Source: an uncultured Myxococcales bacterium | GTDB taxonomy: Bacteria > Myxococcota > UBA727 > JABDBI01 | Direction of reading: 5' to 3' | DNA: 64,000 bases | Assembly (NCBI GenBank): GCA_964368985.1 | Contig: CAYJDW010000005.1 | Span: forward strand, 1,513 to 65,512 | In this document: piece by piece, positions 9,721 to 19,831 of the stretch | Layout of the letters: every line of letters begins with the position of its first letter | How positions within the stretch are numbered: position 1 is the stretch's first letter | The notes under the pieces: generated by a model | What the model was told of the DNA's origin: nothing | Database searches by the model: none | What the model saw: the letters and a program-made list of their open reading frames with translations, nothing else | Position numbers and translations under genes: made by a program

Positions 9721-10644
9721 ATGAAGTTAGTACTAGCAACAATATTGATTTTAAGCTTGCCTAAATTGGCCCAGGCTCAAATGGATTTGTCAAAGCTTAG
9801 GATGGACTATTCGGCTCTGCCTGAATTGTCGTCATTCTCAGCTCGAGATGGGCAAGAATTGCCCTATCGCTATTATCCATCGTCATCGGAAAATTTATTT
9901 GTATTGCTTCATGGCTCCGGCTCTCATAGTCGCTATTTATATGCTTTAGCAAAAGAGCTTAGCGCATCGGGAAAAGCTCAAGTCATTACTCCTGATTTAC
10001 GCGGGCATGGGGTGAATCCGCCAAAACGTGGCGATGTGGATTATATCGGTCAACTGGACGACGATTTGCTTGATTTGTTGAAGTTTACACGCCAACGCTA
10101 CGCGCTCCAAAAAATTTTTGTGGGCGGCCATTCTTCAGGCGGCGGTTTGGCTTTGAGGTTAGCGGGTGGGAAAAATGGTGATATGGTTGATGGCTATATT
10201 TTTATCGCGCCTTATTTGGCCCACGATGCCCCAACGCTAAATCAAAAATCCGGTTGGGCCGACGGTAGGTTGTTGCCGATTATTGCTGCGACTATTTTAA
10301 ATAAGCTGGGCCTTCACTGGTTGGACCACGTGGTAACCGTCACCTTTAATATGCCCGAGGAATATCGTGATGGCACTGAAACCCTCGCCTATACCCATGC
10401 ACTCACCACGTCTTATGCGCCAGCGGATTATCAGGCTGATTTGAAAAAAATCAGCAAGCCTTCATTGCTCATCATTGGCGCTGACGATGAAGCGATGGTT
10501 GCCAAAGCCTTTCCTGCGCTTCTCGACGCGGCAGCAAATCTAAAAATTCAATTTCAATCCTTGCCAGGAATTAATCACATGGGAATCGTGGTCAGAAAAA
10601 ATGCCATTCATGCTCTTGCTGATTGGATCGATGACCATGATTAA
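9721..10644 (+). CDS. Secreted alpha/beta-hydrolase (esterase/lipase fold)
   Basis: Signal peptide MKLVLATILILSLPKLAQA. HGSGSHS oxyanion region and nucleophile elbow GGHSSGG. Confidence 0.7.
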   Translation: MKLVLATILILSLPKLAQAQMDLSKLRMDYSALPELSSFSARDGQELPYRYYPSSSENLFVLLHGSGSHSRYLYALAKELSASGKAQVITPDLRGHGVNPPKRGDVDYIGQLDDDLLDLLKFTRQRYALQKIFVGGHSSGGGLALRLAGGKNGDMVDGYIFIAPYLAHDAPTLNQKSGWADGRLLPIIAATILNKLGLHWLDHVVTVTFNMPEEYRDGTETLAYTHALTTSYAPADYQADLKKISKPSLLIIGADDEAMVAKAFPALLDAAANLKIQFQSLPGINHMGIVVRKNAIHALADWIDDHD

Positions 10645-10658
10645 TTTGACCTAGGCGA

Positions 10659-11216
10659 TTATGCGGTGCAGCGAAAACAAGTTCGGATATGATCGTCGAC
10701 CATGCCAATAGCCTGCATATAGGCATAAATAATCGTGGTCCCGACAAAGCTCATGCCTCGCCTTTTCAAATCTTTTGATAATGCATCAGATTCGCTGCTA
10801 GAAGACGGCACATGGCTCATATCTCTAGGACGATTAATTTTCGATTTGCCGTCTACAAATTGCCAAACATAAGAATCAAAAGAACCAAACTCTTTTTGGA
10901 TAGCTAAAAAAACGAGCGCATTCTTGCGAGCAGAGAAGACTTTTAAACGATTGCGTATTATCCCCGAATCAATCAATAAAGCCTCAAGTTCTTCGTCGGT
11001 CATGAGGGAAACTTTTTTAGGATCAAACTGCTTGAAGGATGTCCGATAATATTCGCGACGTTTAAGAATAGTTTCCCAACTCAGCCCCGCCTGCGCACCC
11101 TCGAGGATAAGCATTTCAAAATGCTTGGTGTCATCGTGAACTGGAACTCCCCATTCAAAGTCATGATAGCGTTCGTAGTGTGGTTTAGCCTCACCAACCC
11201 AGGCACAGCGCTGCAT
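10659..11216 (-). CDS. tag: DNA-3-methyladenine glycosylase I
   Basis: MQRCAWVGE...YHDFEWGVPVHDD...GLSWETIL...CFRC closely parallels E. coli Tag. The start was taken at the internal Met (track start 11228). Confidence 0.85.
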   Translation of the reverse strand: MQRCAWVGEAKPHYERYHDFEWGVPVHDDTKHFEMLILEGAQAGLSWETILKRREYYRTSFKQFDPKKVSLMTDEELEALLIDSGIIRNRLKVFSARKNALVFLAIQKEFGSFDSYVWQFVDGKSKINRPRDMSHVPSSSSESDALSKDLKRRGMSFVGTTIIYAYMQAIGMVDDHIRTCFRCTA

Positions 11217-11311
11217 TGTCACTCTCATTAAAATCTCCCATAGTCGTAATATTTTTTAATGGCGCAAAAAGGAAAAATTTTGGCAAAATCTAAACAGGGC
11301 AACAAAATGCG

Positions 11312-11722
11312 TTGGCTGCAATAATAATAAATTTTGTTGTTCTCATCACCTTAGGGTTTTTTGCCAAAGATAATTTGTTGGCGGAATTAAAGCCCTTATT
11401 GTCACCTGAAACCTCTCATAACAACGCGACTCTTCCGTCAATGGGGAGCATCGAAGTGGCCTTTAGCCCTAAAGGAGGCGCGACGGTAACAATCATCAAA
11501 GCTTACTGCAGATCGATGGCCTGGGCGATAAAGAATCAAATTAGGTACCACGGCTGTTTTGGACCAAACTCTAAAATTCGCGAACTTATAGTAGCGCCAG
11601 CCAAAAATGCACCCCTTGTCGACGATATGAAGAGCAATCGCATCTCACGTTTCGAGTTTTGCTCGCCTGATGGCCAGGATTTTCGAGATCGACGCTCTAG
11701 ATTGCCCACTCTGCCATTCTAG
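11312..11722 (+). pseudogene. Decayed PLD-family endonuclease (Nuc-like) fragment
   Basis: SIEVAFSPKGGATVTIIKA matches the conserved N-terminal motif of Nuc-type PLD nucleases. No HxK(x)4D motif follows. The ORF ends early and an upstream out-of-frame mini-ORF suggests a frameshift. Confidence 0.3.
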
Positions 11723-12038
11723 GCTCCAAACCATCTCTTTTATCACGGAGCCCGAGCCCATAGCGTATTTTACGAGCTCTTAAAATGCGACGGCACCGCC
11801 AACAATTAGCAAGTCTGCGCTGCGGATAGAATATGACTTGCCAGACAGCCAGATTTTTCCTGATTGAGGCTAAATCTTGCCGGCCAAGATCTAGGAAGAT
11901 CTAGCCTGAAAAGGCTTACTTATGCAACTAATCAGCCTACTCAGGAAATTCGACACTAAAATACTCGACTAGCGCTTTTAGATCAGATAGTTGGCACAAG
12001 AATTTAGTGGATTAAGGGTTTTTGAAGCTGTTAAATAC

Positions 12039-12080
12039 AATGAGGCAAGTAAAAAAGGACTTTTATGCGACCTAGATCCA
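12039..12080. repeat. 42-bp direct repeat, copy 1 (caATGAGGCAAGTAAAAAAGGaCTTTTATGCGACCTAGATCCA)
   Basis: 41/42 identical to the copy at 14502-14543 in the same orientation. Confidence 0.85.
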
Positions 12081-12362
12081 CTGGCCGTTTGGTGGCCATT
12101 AAAGTTTTGAGTTATGAACTTGCTCAACGGACCATTTGAAATTTGCCGCTACGGCTTATTGCTGGCGGTTGCGTCGCTATTTTTTGCCTTCGGCGTTAAA
12201 CTTTCGTTGGCTGGAGCTGAAAAGCCTGCGCAGGCTGTGATCAAGAAATAGTTGGACCAACCGATGCGTCATGGCGTTGCACTGCCCAGCTTTCTCACAA
12301 TCGTCATTCAGACCGACCACTTTCAGTATAAAATATATATGTTATCTTATGGGTGATGAACC

Positions 12363-13967
12363 ATGATTAGATTAAACTCTGTAAATTACGTAAAAATGAA
12401 CATAAAAATAAGATATTACTTAGTATTTTTTATATCGCTTTTTAGCGGGCTTGGATGCATAGAGACGCAAGAAGTTGGTCCTAGTCACCACGATGTTGCC
12501 AGCAAAAAAAGCATTGATGAGCATATTGACCAGTTATCTTCACCCCAGGATTTAGACAAGCTTATTAAACAAGCTCTTAAAGAACATGCAAGTTCTTATA
12601 AACCTGAGGCTCAACAGTATTTAAAGAGATTTTTTTTGGCATCAGAAGATATCGCCAAAGGAAAGAATGGCAGCGTTCTCTTAAAAAACTATGATTATCC
12701 TTTTCACCTCACCATAGAAGCTAAAGCCACCGTGCCTACCGACAATGTGGTCATCATTCTTGATGGAGGATTTTCAGATGTTGCGCTGACCTATGCCAAG
12801 GATATCGTCGCCTCGTTTGAAATGAGTTCAACGGGAGAACTTATTAAAAAATCCCTCGAGCTTAGTCTGCCTCGCTGGGCTTGGTATCTTTATGAATTAC
12901 AAGCTGAAGCTGGAGTTCCTTTGCGAATTATTCGGGAAGCTCGAAAGCTAGGCTTAACGTTTTTTTATCCTTCAAATAATTTAGTAAATCATACCGACTA
13001 TGTTAAACAACTTAAAAGATATAATGAAAAAGGATTGAATAGCACAATTGTATATGATGGACAAAAGGCAATTTCAGAGGACGGTTATCATGGCGCCATC
13101 CTCGCCTATACCCTCAAAGAATGGGCTCCTTCAGCAAAGTTAATTTTAGTCCGTTATGACATGGCAAATGTGAATCAAGATAATGAATTTCGCATGCTCC
13201 AATCGTTGAATAAAATTGCCAAGGATTATGGTGCCAGTTTTTTGGTAAGAAGTTCTTTTGGGCAGCATCATTGGCATGGGTTTGATTCTAAAAGAGAAAG
13301 TTTATCCTTTTTACAAGAAAAAATCCTTATCCTAAATGCAGCGCCTGATACTGATGACCTGGCCCGCCGCCATGCCTTCATGCAAAATAAGGCTAAAGCT
13401 CCTAATTTTATCTTTGCTAATATATTTTCCACTGCATCCAGTGGTCTAAAAATCAATGAAAAGGGTATGACGTTTTCAAGTTTAAAACCCTATCTATCCA
13501 CTGCGCATCCCTCTGATATCGCCAAGTTTAGCTTTTTTGGTAGCAAGCTGACCGAACCCATGCGCCAAATGTCGACGGTATTCCTCAATCGTCATATTTG
13601 TTTTCATGAATACAATATCGTTTCTCCTGAAGACTGTCCTAGCGCCATGCCATTACCATTTTTTCCTATAGGTTTTACTTTAGACTCTAAGGTAGCCCAT
13701 GAAACCGGTTCCGTACTACCCTCCTATTTACGGGGTGACACTTCCTCCGCTGCACCATGGGTTGCGGCCTGGGCCATATTTATTAAGAAACAACTTCTTC
13801 AGGAAAAGAAGACCGCTTCTGCAGAACAGATTAAAAATATTATAGCGGGCTATGGTGATGGTGAGCCTCGTTCATTTCAAGATCCAATCAGATGGGGCAA
13901 ATTTACTATTTTTTACGAAGGCTATGGCAATGGTTTAATTGTGCCTAAAAAATTCTCTGATTATTAG
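12363..13967 (+). CDS. Secreted subtilisin-like (S8-like) serine peptidase homolog, divergent
   Basis: N-terminal signal/lipoprotein-like segment (...YYLVFFISLFSGLGC). Motif-level matches to subtilase D/H/S regions: VIILDGGFSD, DGYHGAILAYT and GDTSSAAPWVAAWAIF (compare GTSMAAPHVAG). AT-rich codon usage. Confidence 0.4.
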   Translation: MIRLNSVNYVKMNIKIRYYLVFFISLFSGLGCIETQEVGPSHHDVASKKSIDEHIDQLSSPQDLDKLIKQALKEHASSYKPEAQQYLKRFFLASEDIAKGKNGSVLLKNYDYPFHLTIEAKATVPTDNVVIILDGGFSDVALTYAKDIVASFEMSSTGELIKKSLELSLPRWAWYLYELQAEAGVPLRIIREARKLGLTFFYPSNNLVNHTDYVKQLKRYNEKGLNSTIVYDGQKAISEDGYHGAILAYTLKEWAPSAKLILVRYDMANVNQDNEFRMLQSLNKIAKDYGASFLVRSSFGQHHWHGFDSKRESLSFLQEKILILNAAPDTDDLARRHAFMQNKAKAPNFIFANIFSTASSGLKINEKGMTFSSLKPYLSTAHPSDIAKFSFFGSKLTEPMRQMSTVFLNRHICFHEYNIVSPEDCPSAMPLPFFPIGFTLDSKVAHETGSVLPSYLRGDTSSAAPWVAAWAIFIKKQLLQEKKTASAEQIKNIIAGYGDGEPRSFQDPIRWGKFTIFYEGYGNGLIVPKKFSDY

Positions 13968-14085
13968 AAATTATAAGGATCCAATGGTTAATCATCGCGA
14001 TGGAACATCTTGGTAATTCAGGTGATTAGCTAAAACTATGAAATTCTTATTCCGATAGTAATATTTTCATGAAATGATGCAATCT

Positions 14086-14449
14086 ATGGAAAGAAAACAA
14101 TATTTAGCCCAAATCGCTGATGCTTTTTTGATAAACCCCGTAGTGGCTTTACTGGGGCCCCGCCAGTGTGGCAAGACCACTTTGGCTAGGATGTATCTGC
14201 AAAATAAGTCCAACATCCTTTTTTTGGACTGAGCTAGATTTGTTGGTTTATAAAAATGGCAAAAAAATCGGCTTCGAGATCAAATACCAAGATGCACCCA
14301 CCATGTCGCGTTCCATGAGATCGGCTTTGGATTTGCTCAAACTTGATGAGCTTCTTGTTATCTACCCCGGAGACAAGATCTACAAGCTCGATGAAAAAGT
14401 TACCGTGCGGCCCCTGCTTGGTTTTTGTCAGGAAAATCAAAACCCTTAG
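14086..14449 (+). pseudogene. Remnant of a DUF4143-type AAA ATPase, with internal deletion and frameshift
   Basis: N-terminal piece MERKQYLAQIADAFLINPVVALLGPRQCGKTTLAR (Walker A) stops at about 14232. A C-terminal piece in another frame (14168-14449) carries the family's conserved C-terminal region. Together they give about 120 aa against roughly 390 aa expected. Confidence 0.5.
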
Positions 14450-14501
14450 GTATTTTCCTGCAATGAACTTTATAAAATAAAAGCAAAAAATTTAACCAAA
14501 T

Positions 14502-14543
14502 AATGAGGCAAGTAAAAAAGGCCTTTTATGCGACCTAGATCCA
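14502..14543. repeat. 42-bp direct repeat, copy 2
   Basis: See the copy at 12039-12080. Confidence 0.85.
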
Positions 14544-14664
14544 AGCCAGGACTTAGCAAAGAAATTTTTATAGCGGCTTCTTGTTTGATTATTTAGCTGA
14601 TTTTTACGTAGTAAATATTATAATCACCATAGAAACTGAGTTATTAATAAAAAATGGAGTATTT

Positions 14665-15036
14665 ATGAGGATTAAAATAGTTGTTTTGATGTCGATATTG
14701 TTTTCTATTAATGTTTTAGCTGGCACTGATAATGCCTTAATCTTAGAGGATAATACCCACCAAGTTCTAGGGTTTAACCATTTGAAGAAATGGGCCAAAG
14801 GAGCAGTTGGTTTTATAAAAGATTACAAGGATAAAAATACTTTTTGTAAAGAACAAGTTTTTAATCGTTTTTCCGATAAAAACGATTTCTCTAATAAGTA
14901 TACTTTAGAGAGTGCATGTGAAGGCGGTTTGCATCATAATTCAAAAACTCAACAAGTGGATTATATTGTCGATGATCCCAAATGTCAGGCGGACTTCGAA
15001 AACTTTCAAGCTGATGCCCTTCTTTGCTATATTTAA
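14665..15036 (+). CDS. Small secreted cysteine-containing hypothetical protein
   Basis: GGAG 7 nt upstream of the ATG. Signal peptide MRIKIVVLMSILFSINVLAG. Four Cys. AT-rich. Confidence 0.5.
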   Translation: MRIKIVVLMSILFSINVLAGTDNALILEDNTHQVLGFNHLKKWAKGAVGFIKDYKDKNTFCKEQVFNRFSDKNDFSNKYTLESACEGGLHHNSKTQQVDYIVDDPKCQADFENFQADALLCYI

Positions 15037-15266
15037 AGTTAGGCTCTGCTGTATATGATCGAGAATATTAATTTTTAATGCCCTTTTGGGGAAATGGCAC
15101 TCGCAAATTTCCTGAAGGGCACTCTTTCTTTTATTTTACACTCTAACTAATGTATTGGCTCATTTTTCATCTAAGGCCTCTCCCATAGGAATTTCATTTA
15201 TATATCTTGACAGCAAGCTTTGCTAATCTATTGTGTCAGCTATTATTCTTATTCAGGAAGACTATT

Positions 15267-16463
15267 ATGAGACCAAAAATGATCAAAATGATTACTCTAT
15301 TGTTCTTAGTTATATCGACACCAATTTTTTCTGCGATTGAAAAATTCAGCGACAAGGTCACACCAAGCTATGATAAGATTTTAAAGCACCGTTATCACTG
15401 CAAAAATGCTAGAGATTTAAATTTCAGCTGGATAGATTCCTTTATTAAAGGCCGTTTTACTGATTTATTAAACAATATAGATGTTGATAACAAACCCAAA
15501 AACACAAGCCTCTCCCCTGAAGAAGCTGCGCACATTATCCCAAGCACATTGAGTCGAGATACACTTAGGGAGCGCCTGGCCGAAGTTGATTGGAACAGAT
15601 TATTTGGGACCAATCAGGAGCTTATAGATTCTAAAATTAAAAGTATTGAAGGCGCTCAAATAGACGCTCGCTTGCCGATAGACCCAGCTCTGTATTTTTC
15701 TCCAGAACAGAAAAAAGAAATAGTAGAGGTTGCCGAAGGCATTCACCAGCTTTTGTCGACTAATGATGTCCTTATTGTTTTAGGCCAATCTCCTGCTTAT
15801 CTGGCGCATGTGCTTCAACACATTAACTACGACAGTAAATATTCTATTGTTTCTGTACCCTATTCCGGCATTGCTGACTTTACGGATGCCGTACGCGCCA
15901 ATACTCAATCTGGCGATCTCAACTTAGTAACTCCTGCGCGGCAAAAATTTTGGCGTGAGCTCGTACAAGAGAGAGGCTATTCTCCTGTCGATTCAGCACA
16001 AAAGAGGATTTTTATTCTTGATTTAAAAAACACCGGGCGGGGAATGGGGAGCTTTATTCGTCAACTGGTGTTGTGGCACAAAGAAGTTGTTGACGCTAAT
16101 TCTGAGCCAGATCTTAATATTATCTCGCTAAACAAAGGCGCACAGGCTTTTACTAAAGACCAAAGTATCCATTCTGAAAAATCTAAGAACGGCGTACCAA
16201 CCTACACGGACGGTGGTACGGAGTTATGGGGACTGTTCTCTTTTCTGATTGACGAATACCGAGTATATATAAGTCATTCACTCAAGCATAAATTTGATAC
16301 AGCAGAGGGCGAGAATCGTCTTGTTCCAAGTTTTCAAGCTCGTTTTTGGGTGCCGGAATCGAAAGATTTACTAGCGATCTACCCGAGACCCTATGCAAAA
16401 GCAATTGCTGAAGATTTAATAACCATATACGCAAAAACACATGCTAATCATGATGCTGAATAG
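15267..16463 (+). CDS. Secreted hypothetical protein (about 400 aa, orphan)
   Basis: Signal peptide MRPKMIKMITLLFLVISTPIFSA. No recognisable domain. AT-rich. Confidence 0.55.
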   Translation: MRPKMIKMITLLFLVISTPIFSAIEKFSDKVTPSYDKILKHRYHCKNARDLNFSWIDSFIKGRFTDLLNNIDVDNKPKNTSLSPEEAAHIIPSTLSRDTLRERLAEVDWNRLFGTNQELIDSKIKSIEGAQIDARLPIDPALYFSPEQKKEIVEVAEGIHQLLSTNDVLIVLGQSPAYLAHVLQHINYDSKYSIVSVPYSGIADFTDAVRANTQSGDLNLVTPARQKFWRELVQERGYSPVDSAQKRIFILDLKNTGRGMGSFIRQLVLWHKEVVDANSEPDLNIISLNKGAQAFTKDQSIHSEKSKNGVPTYTDGGTELWGLFSFLIDEYRVYISHSLKHKFDTAEGENRLVPSFQARFWVPESKDLLAIYPRPYAKAIAEDLITIYAKTHANHDAE

Positions 16464-17124
16464 CTTCACTGTTTCGATCTCGTTTTATTGAAATACAACC
16501 TACGATACACTAGCTTTGAATGAACTTATAAAAATATTTACTGCGGCAATATTTTCCCATCTGCGCCTCAAGGCTAAAAAGCCTGGTATCATATCACCGA
16601 AAAAATCGCCCATCGAATGCATCGCTATTTACAAAAACGCATGCACGATCTTGAGATCGATGGGCTGGGCGATAAAGAGCCGCTCTTGGCCAAATGTTAT
16701 GCGCCTATAAAGAGAATTGATTTTGAAGAATTTATAGAGATACCACATCAGTTAAGGCAATGAGTGCAAATAGCCTGAACGTCAAATCTGAAAGCCATCG
16801 GGCGAAGCCTAGCATTTGCAACCGCCCCTTGCTAACTTGCGAAAAAACCATGGTTTAGGCTCTAAGGAGCAACGACTTCGGTTCTAGGTTTATTCGAAGC
16901 TTTCCTGCAATGATTGGCTCAGCTTCGCGAGTAAAACACCAGCCCAAATCGTTTTAAGGCACAAAGGCTGCCAAAAACATGATGTTAGGCGAATTGCTCC
17001 TTAAAGACGCATGCCTTGCTATTGTTGCGGGTCGAGACCAATGCAACTTAGAAAAAACTGGCATCCTCCCCTGCTAGAACCGTGCTAGTCATTGGAGGTC
17101 GTGTGTTTTGGTCGATAGTGCAGT

Positions 17125-17763
17125 CTACCAAGCATAACCGATTTTAAATTCCCCATCCCAAGCAAAACCAATCTTAGTTTTTTCTGAGGGCAACAAATAT
17201 TTAATATGTTTGTCCGCTATTTCCGTAGGAATTTCGCTTTGGTTTTTAATGTAAAATTTAGGTCCAGCGCCTAGGCCCAATGTTAAAAAAACGCCCGAAT
17301 CATAAACCCAATCCCAACCAAATCTAAGCATGGGGCTCACGTGATAATGGGAATATTCTATTTTTTGCTCCACGTTTTTAGAGCTATATTTCGCGCCAAA
17401 TTGGTTATAGCCACCGATAATTCTCGGCTCTAAATAAAAGCTGTCAGCAATGCCTCTGCCGGCGAGCAAAAATTTGGCGCCTAGGCCCGCTGAATAGCTA
17501 ATAGGAGCTTTGGTTTGGGAAAAATCTTCGGTTCTATCGGAAAGCCATTGAACCGTTTTTGAATAACCCCACCGGTAATAAAAACTAACGGGAACAGTGA
17601 TCGCCAAAAAATCCGTCATTTTCGCTTGATACAAAACATCCACGCCACCCCCGATGGCCGCAATCGGCGAAATCGCCAATACCATTGAGCGCTCTTCATT
17701 TTGCGCACTTGCGGGCAAACAAAGCCCAGCCACTAATAAAAATTGCAGAATTATTCTCTTCAT
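17125..17763 (-). CDS. Outer-membrane beta-barrel protein (small porin/OmpW-like class)
   Basis: Signal peptide MKRIILQFLLVAGLCLPASA. Alternating amphipathic strands. C-terminal ...FKIGYAW with a terminal aromatic residue. Confidence 0.6.
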   Translation of the reverse strand: MKRIILQFLLVAGLCLPASAQNEERSMVLAISPIAAIGGGVDVLYQAKMTDFLAITVPVSFYYRWGYSKTVQWLSDRTEDFSQTKAPISYSAGLGAKFLLAGRGIADSFYLEPRIIGGYNQFGAKYSSKNVEQKIEYSHYHVSPMLRFGWDWVYDSGVFLTLGLGAGPKFYIKNQSEIPTEIADKHIKYLLPSEKTKIGFAWDGEFKIGYAW

Positions 17764-17978
17764 AAAAACCCTCCAGGTTTATCTATGTACTTTAAAGAAG
17801 ACAGAGCATTTCTAGCAAGTATTTATCACTCATTATCCTTCGTCGCCACCCCCTAAATCCCCCTTTTTACGTCGCTATTCATCACTAAATAATAAAAATT
17901 GCAGAGGCGCTTGCTCTTTACAATTATTGAGGTTAGGAGCTCCTTCCAAGTTAATAAAAACTTACTAACGAGGTTTTC

Positions 17979-18740
17979 ATGAATGCTAGAAAGATATTAA
18001 GTTCATGCTTATTCATAGGGCTCCTTAGCTCTTCTTTTTCTTCATTTGCTGGTGTGGAAAAGAATGATAAAACAGTTTTAGAAAATTATAAATTTCTTCT
18101 CACAAATCTCCCTGCAGGCACTGCGACCAATATTGAAGCTGAAATATCTCGTTTCGAGAAATCGAGTGATCTCGACCATCAGAAAATTGCTAGCGTATTA
18201 GAAATTTGGCAAGCAAAAGTAAACCAAACCCTAAAGTTTAGGATTGAGGAAGATGAGTCGGGCCTTTCCGACGAATACTGCGGCAATTGCTATGAACGCC
18301 TCAGCTGCGCAGCTCCTTCGGGAACGGTGGGCGGCATTGCCGGTACGGGGGCTGGGGCTCTTCTTGGTGCGGGAACAGGGCTGGTTGGAGGCGCCATGAC
18401 TGGTGTGGGCCAAAGCATGTCTGAGACCTTTAACTGGGATCTGATATGGATCGTTGGCGGAAGCGTTGGCGGTACCACTTTGGTTGTCTGCACGACCATG
18501 GGCGCCATTGTGGGTGGGCTCGTCGGCATTTGGAAGGGACCCGCTATATGGAAAAGCATGAGAAGCTATTTTTCTAAAAAATCTGATTCCTATACACCAT
18601 TGCAAACCCAGGATGCCCCGTTCACCTATGAACAAATAATTGAAGAACTTGAGCTAGAGAAACTCTCTTTTGAAACCAACAAAAATTTCAAGCTCATTTA
18701 TGATAATTTAATCAAAGACCTGCCCGTTGAATCTGTATAA
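17979..18740 (+). CDS. Exported protein with glycine-zipper membrane segments
   Basis: Signal peptide. Central AGTGAGALLGAGTGLVGGAMTGVG and GGSVGGTTLVV glycine-zipper repeats. Confidence 0.5.
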   Translation: MNARKILSSCLFIGLLSSSFSSFAGVEKNDKTVLENYKFLLTNLPAGTATNIEAEISRFEKSSDLDHQKIASVLEIWQAKVNQTLKFRIEEDESGLSDEYCGNCYERLSCAAPSGTVGGIAGTGAGALLGAGTGLVGGAMTGVGQSMSETFNWDLIWIVGGSVGGTTLVVCTTMGAIVGGLVGIWKGPAIWKSMRSYFSKKSDSYTPLQTQDAPFTYEQIIEELELEKLSFETNKNFKLIYDNLIKDLPVESV

Positions 18741-18858
18741 TACGGCTCTAATAAGGCCCGACTCTAGACTCTGGTCTTATTAAACAATTTTCTCAAAGCT
18801 CTTGTTTGCCGAAAGATTAAGCCGTAGGAAGATGCTGAGCATAACAAGGATTTAGCCA

Positions 18859-19356
18859 ATGACCTCATCCCCCGAAAGACCAGGCACCGTCTCCTATACT
18901 CGAGCGATCATGACCCAAGTAGTCATGCCTCAGCACACCAATGCACTCGGCACCGTTTTTGGTGGCGAGGTGATGAGTTGGATCGATATTTGCGCAGGCG
19001 TAAGCGCTCAACGTCATTGCCGCAGCAATGTGGTCACCGCCTCCTTTGACGATGTGCACTTTGTCACGCCTATCAAGCATGGCTTTGTCGTGATTTTAGA
19101 GAGCCAAGTAAACGCGGTATTTAGCTCCAGCATGGAAGTTGGGACAGTCGTGACCGCAGAGAATCCGCTCACCGGTGAACGCAAAATTGCGGTAAAAGCT
19201 TTTTCTACCTTTGTTAGTTTAGATGATTTTAGTCGCCCCAAAAAATGTCCCTCACTCATCACCGAAAGCGAAGAAGAGCGTGCACGAGAATTGACGGCCA
19301 ATAAGCGACGAGCACTACGCCTCAAGCATCGTCAGACTGAGGCAGCAGCGACCTAA
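18859..19356 (+). CDS. Acyl-CoA thioesterase, hotdog fold (YciA-like)
   Basis: MPQHTNALGTVFGGEVMSWIDICAG... parallels E. coli YciA (MPADTNANGDIFGGWLMSQMDIGGA). Confidence 0.75.
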   Translation: MTSSPERPGTVSYTRAIMTQVVMPQHTNALGTVFGGEVMSWIDICAGVSAQRHCRSNVVTASFDDVHFVTPIKHGFVVILESQVNAVFSSSMEVGTVVTAENPLTGERKIAVKAFSTFVSLDDFSRPKKCPSLITESEEERARELTANKRRALRLKHRQTEAAAT

Positions 19357-19359
19357 AGC

Positions 19360-19617
19360 TTACCAATTTCTCCATCCACGAACTTTCTTCCAGTCATTCC
19401 AATCCTTGATCTGGGCACCTAAGGGCGAGAATTTGCGCCAACCCAGACTTGGGATAAAGCGCCATTCGAAACCTTCCTCATGGGATAAATCAGCACTGGT
19501 CTCATTAAGTTCTAACTTTTTGTCATTTTTTTTCTCTAAATCTTGGGCACCCACCTGAGTGGACCACAGAGAAATAACCGAACCCAATAATAGCAAACAA
19601 ACTATTTTTCTTAGCAT
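19360..19617 (-). CDS. Small secreted Trp-rich hypothetical protein
   Basis: Signal peptide MLRKIVCLLLLGSVISLWSTQVGAQ. C-terminal region with W and K/R. Confidence 0.4.
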   Translation of the reverse strand: MLRKIVCLLLLGSVISLWSTQVGAQDLEKKNDKKLELNETSADLSHEEGFEWRFIPSLGWRKFSPLGAQIKDWNDWKKVRGWRNW

Positions 19618-19831
19618 AATTACTCCAGACAAATTTAAGCCCTTTATAATGAGGCATTAAATTATTCCCAGCTACTTAGCGTTAGAGCTTGAGCAATGCA
19701 AATTTAACTTTAATTAAAATCATCCTTATTTATTATATTGATCCGCTATTTCGCAGTTAAATTTGCATACAAATACCCACATTATTATATAGGCGCCAAA
19801 TCCATACAAATCGATGACATGAAGTTATCGA

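Noticed and set aside
12115-12250. 45-aa hydrophobic mini-ORF just downstream of the first 42-bp repeat
   Set aside because: Too short and unsupported. It could be a leader peptide but there is no evidence beyond an open frame.
18231-18635. Minus-strand Pro/Ala/Thr-rich ORFs (18231-18635, 18290-18559)
   Set aside because: Antisense to the glycine-zipper region of the 17979-18740 gene. Gly codons read in reverse give Pro/Ala runs.
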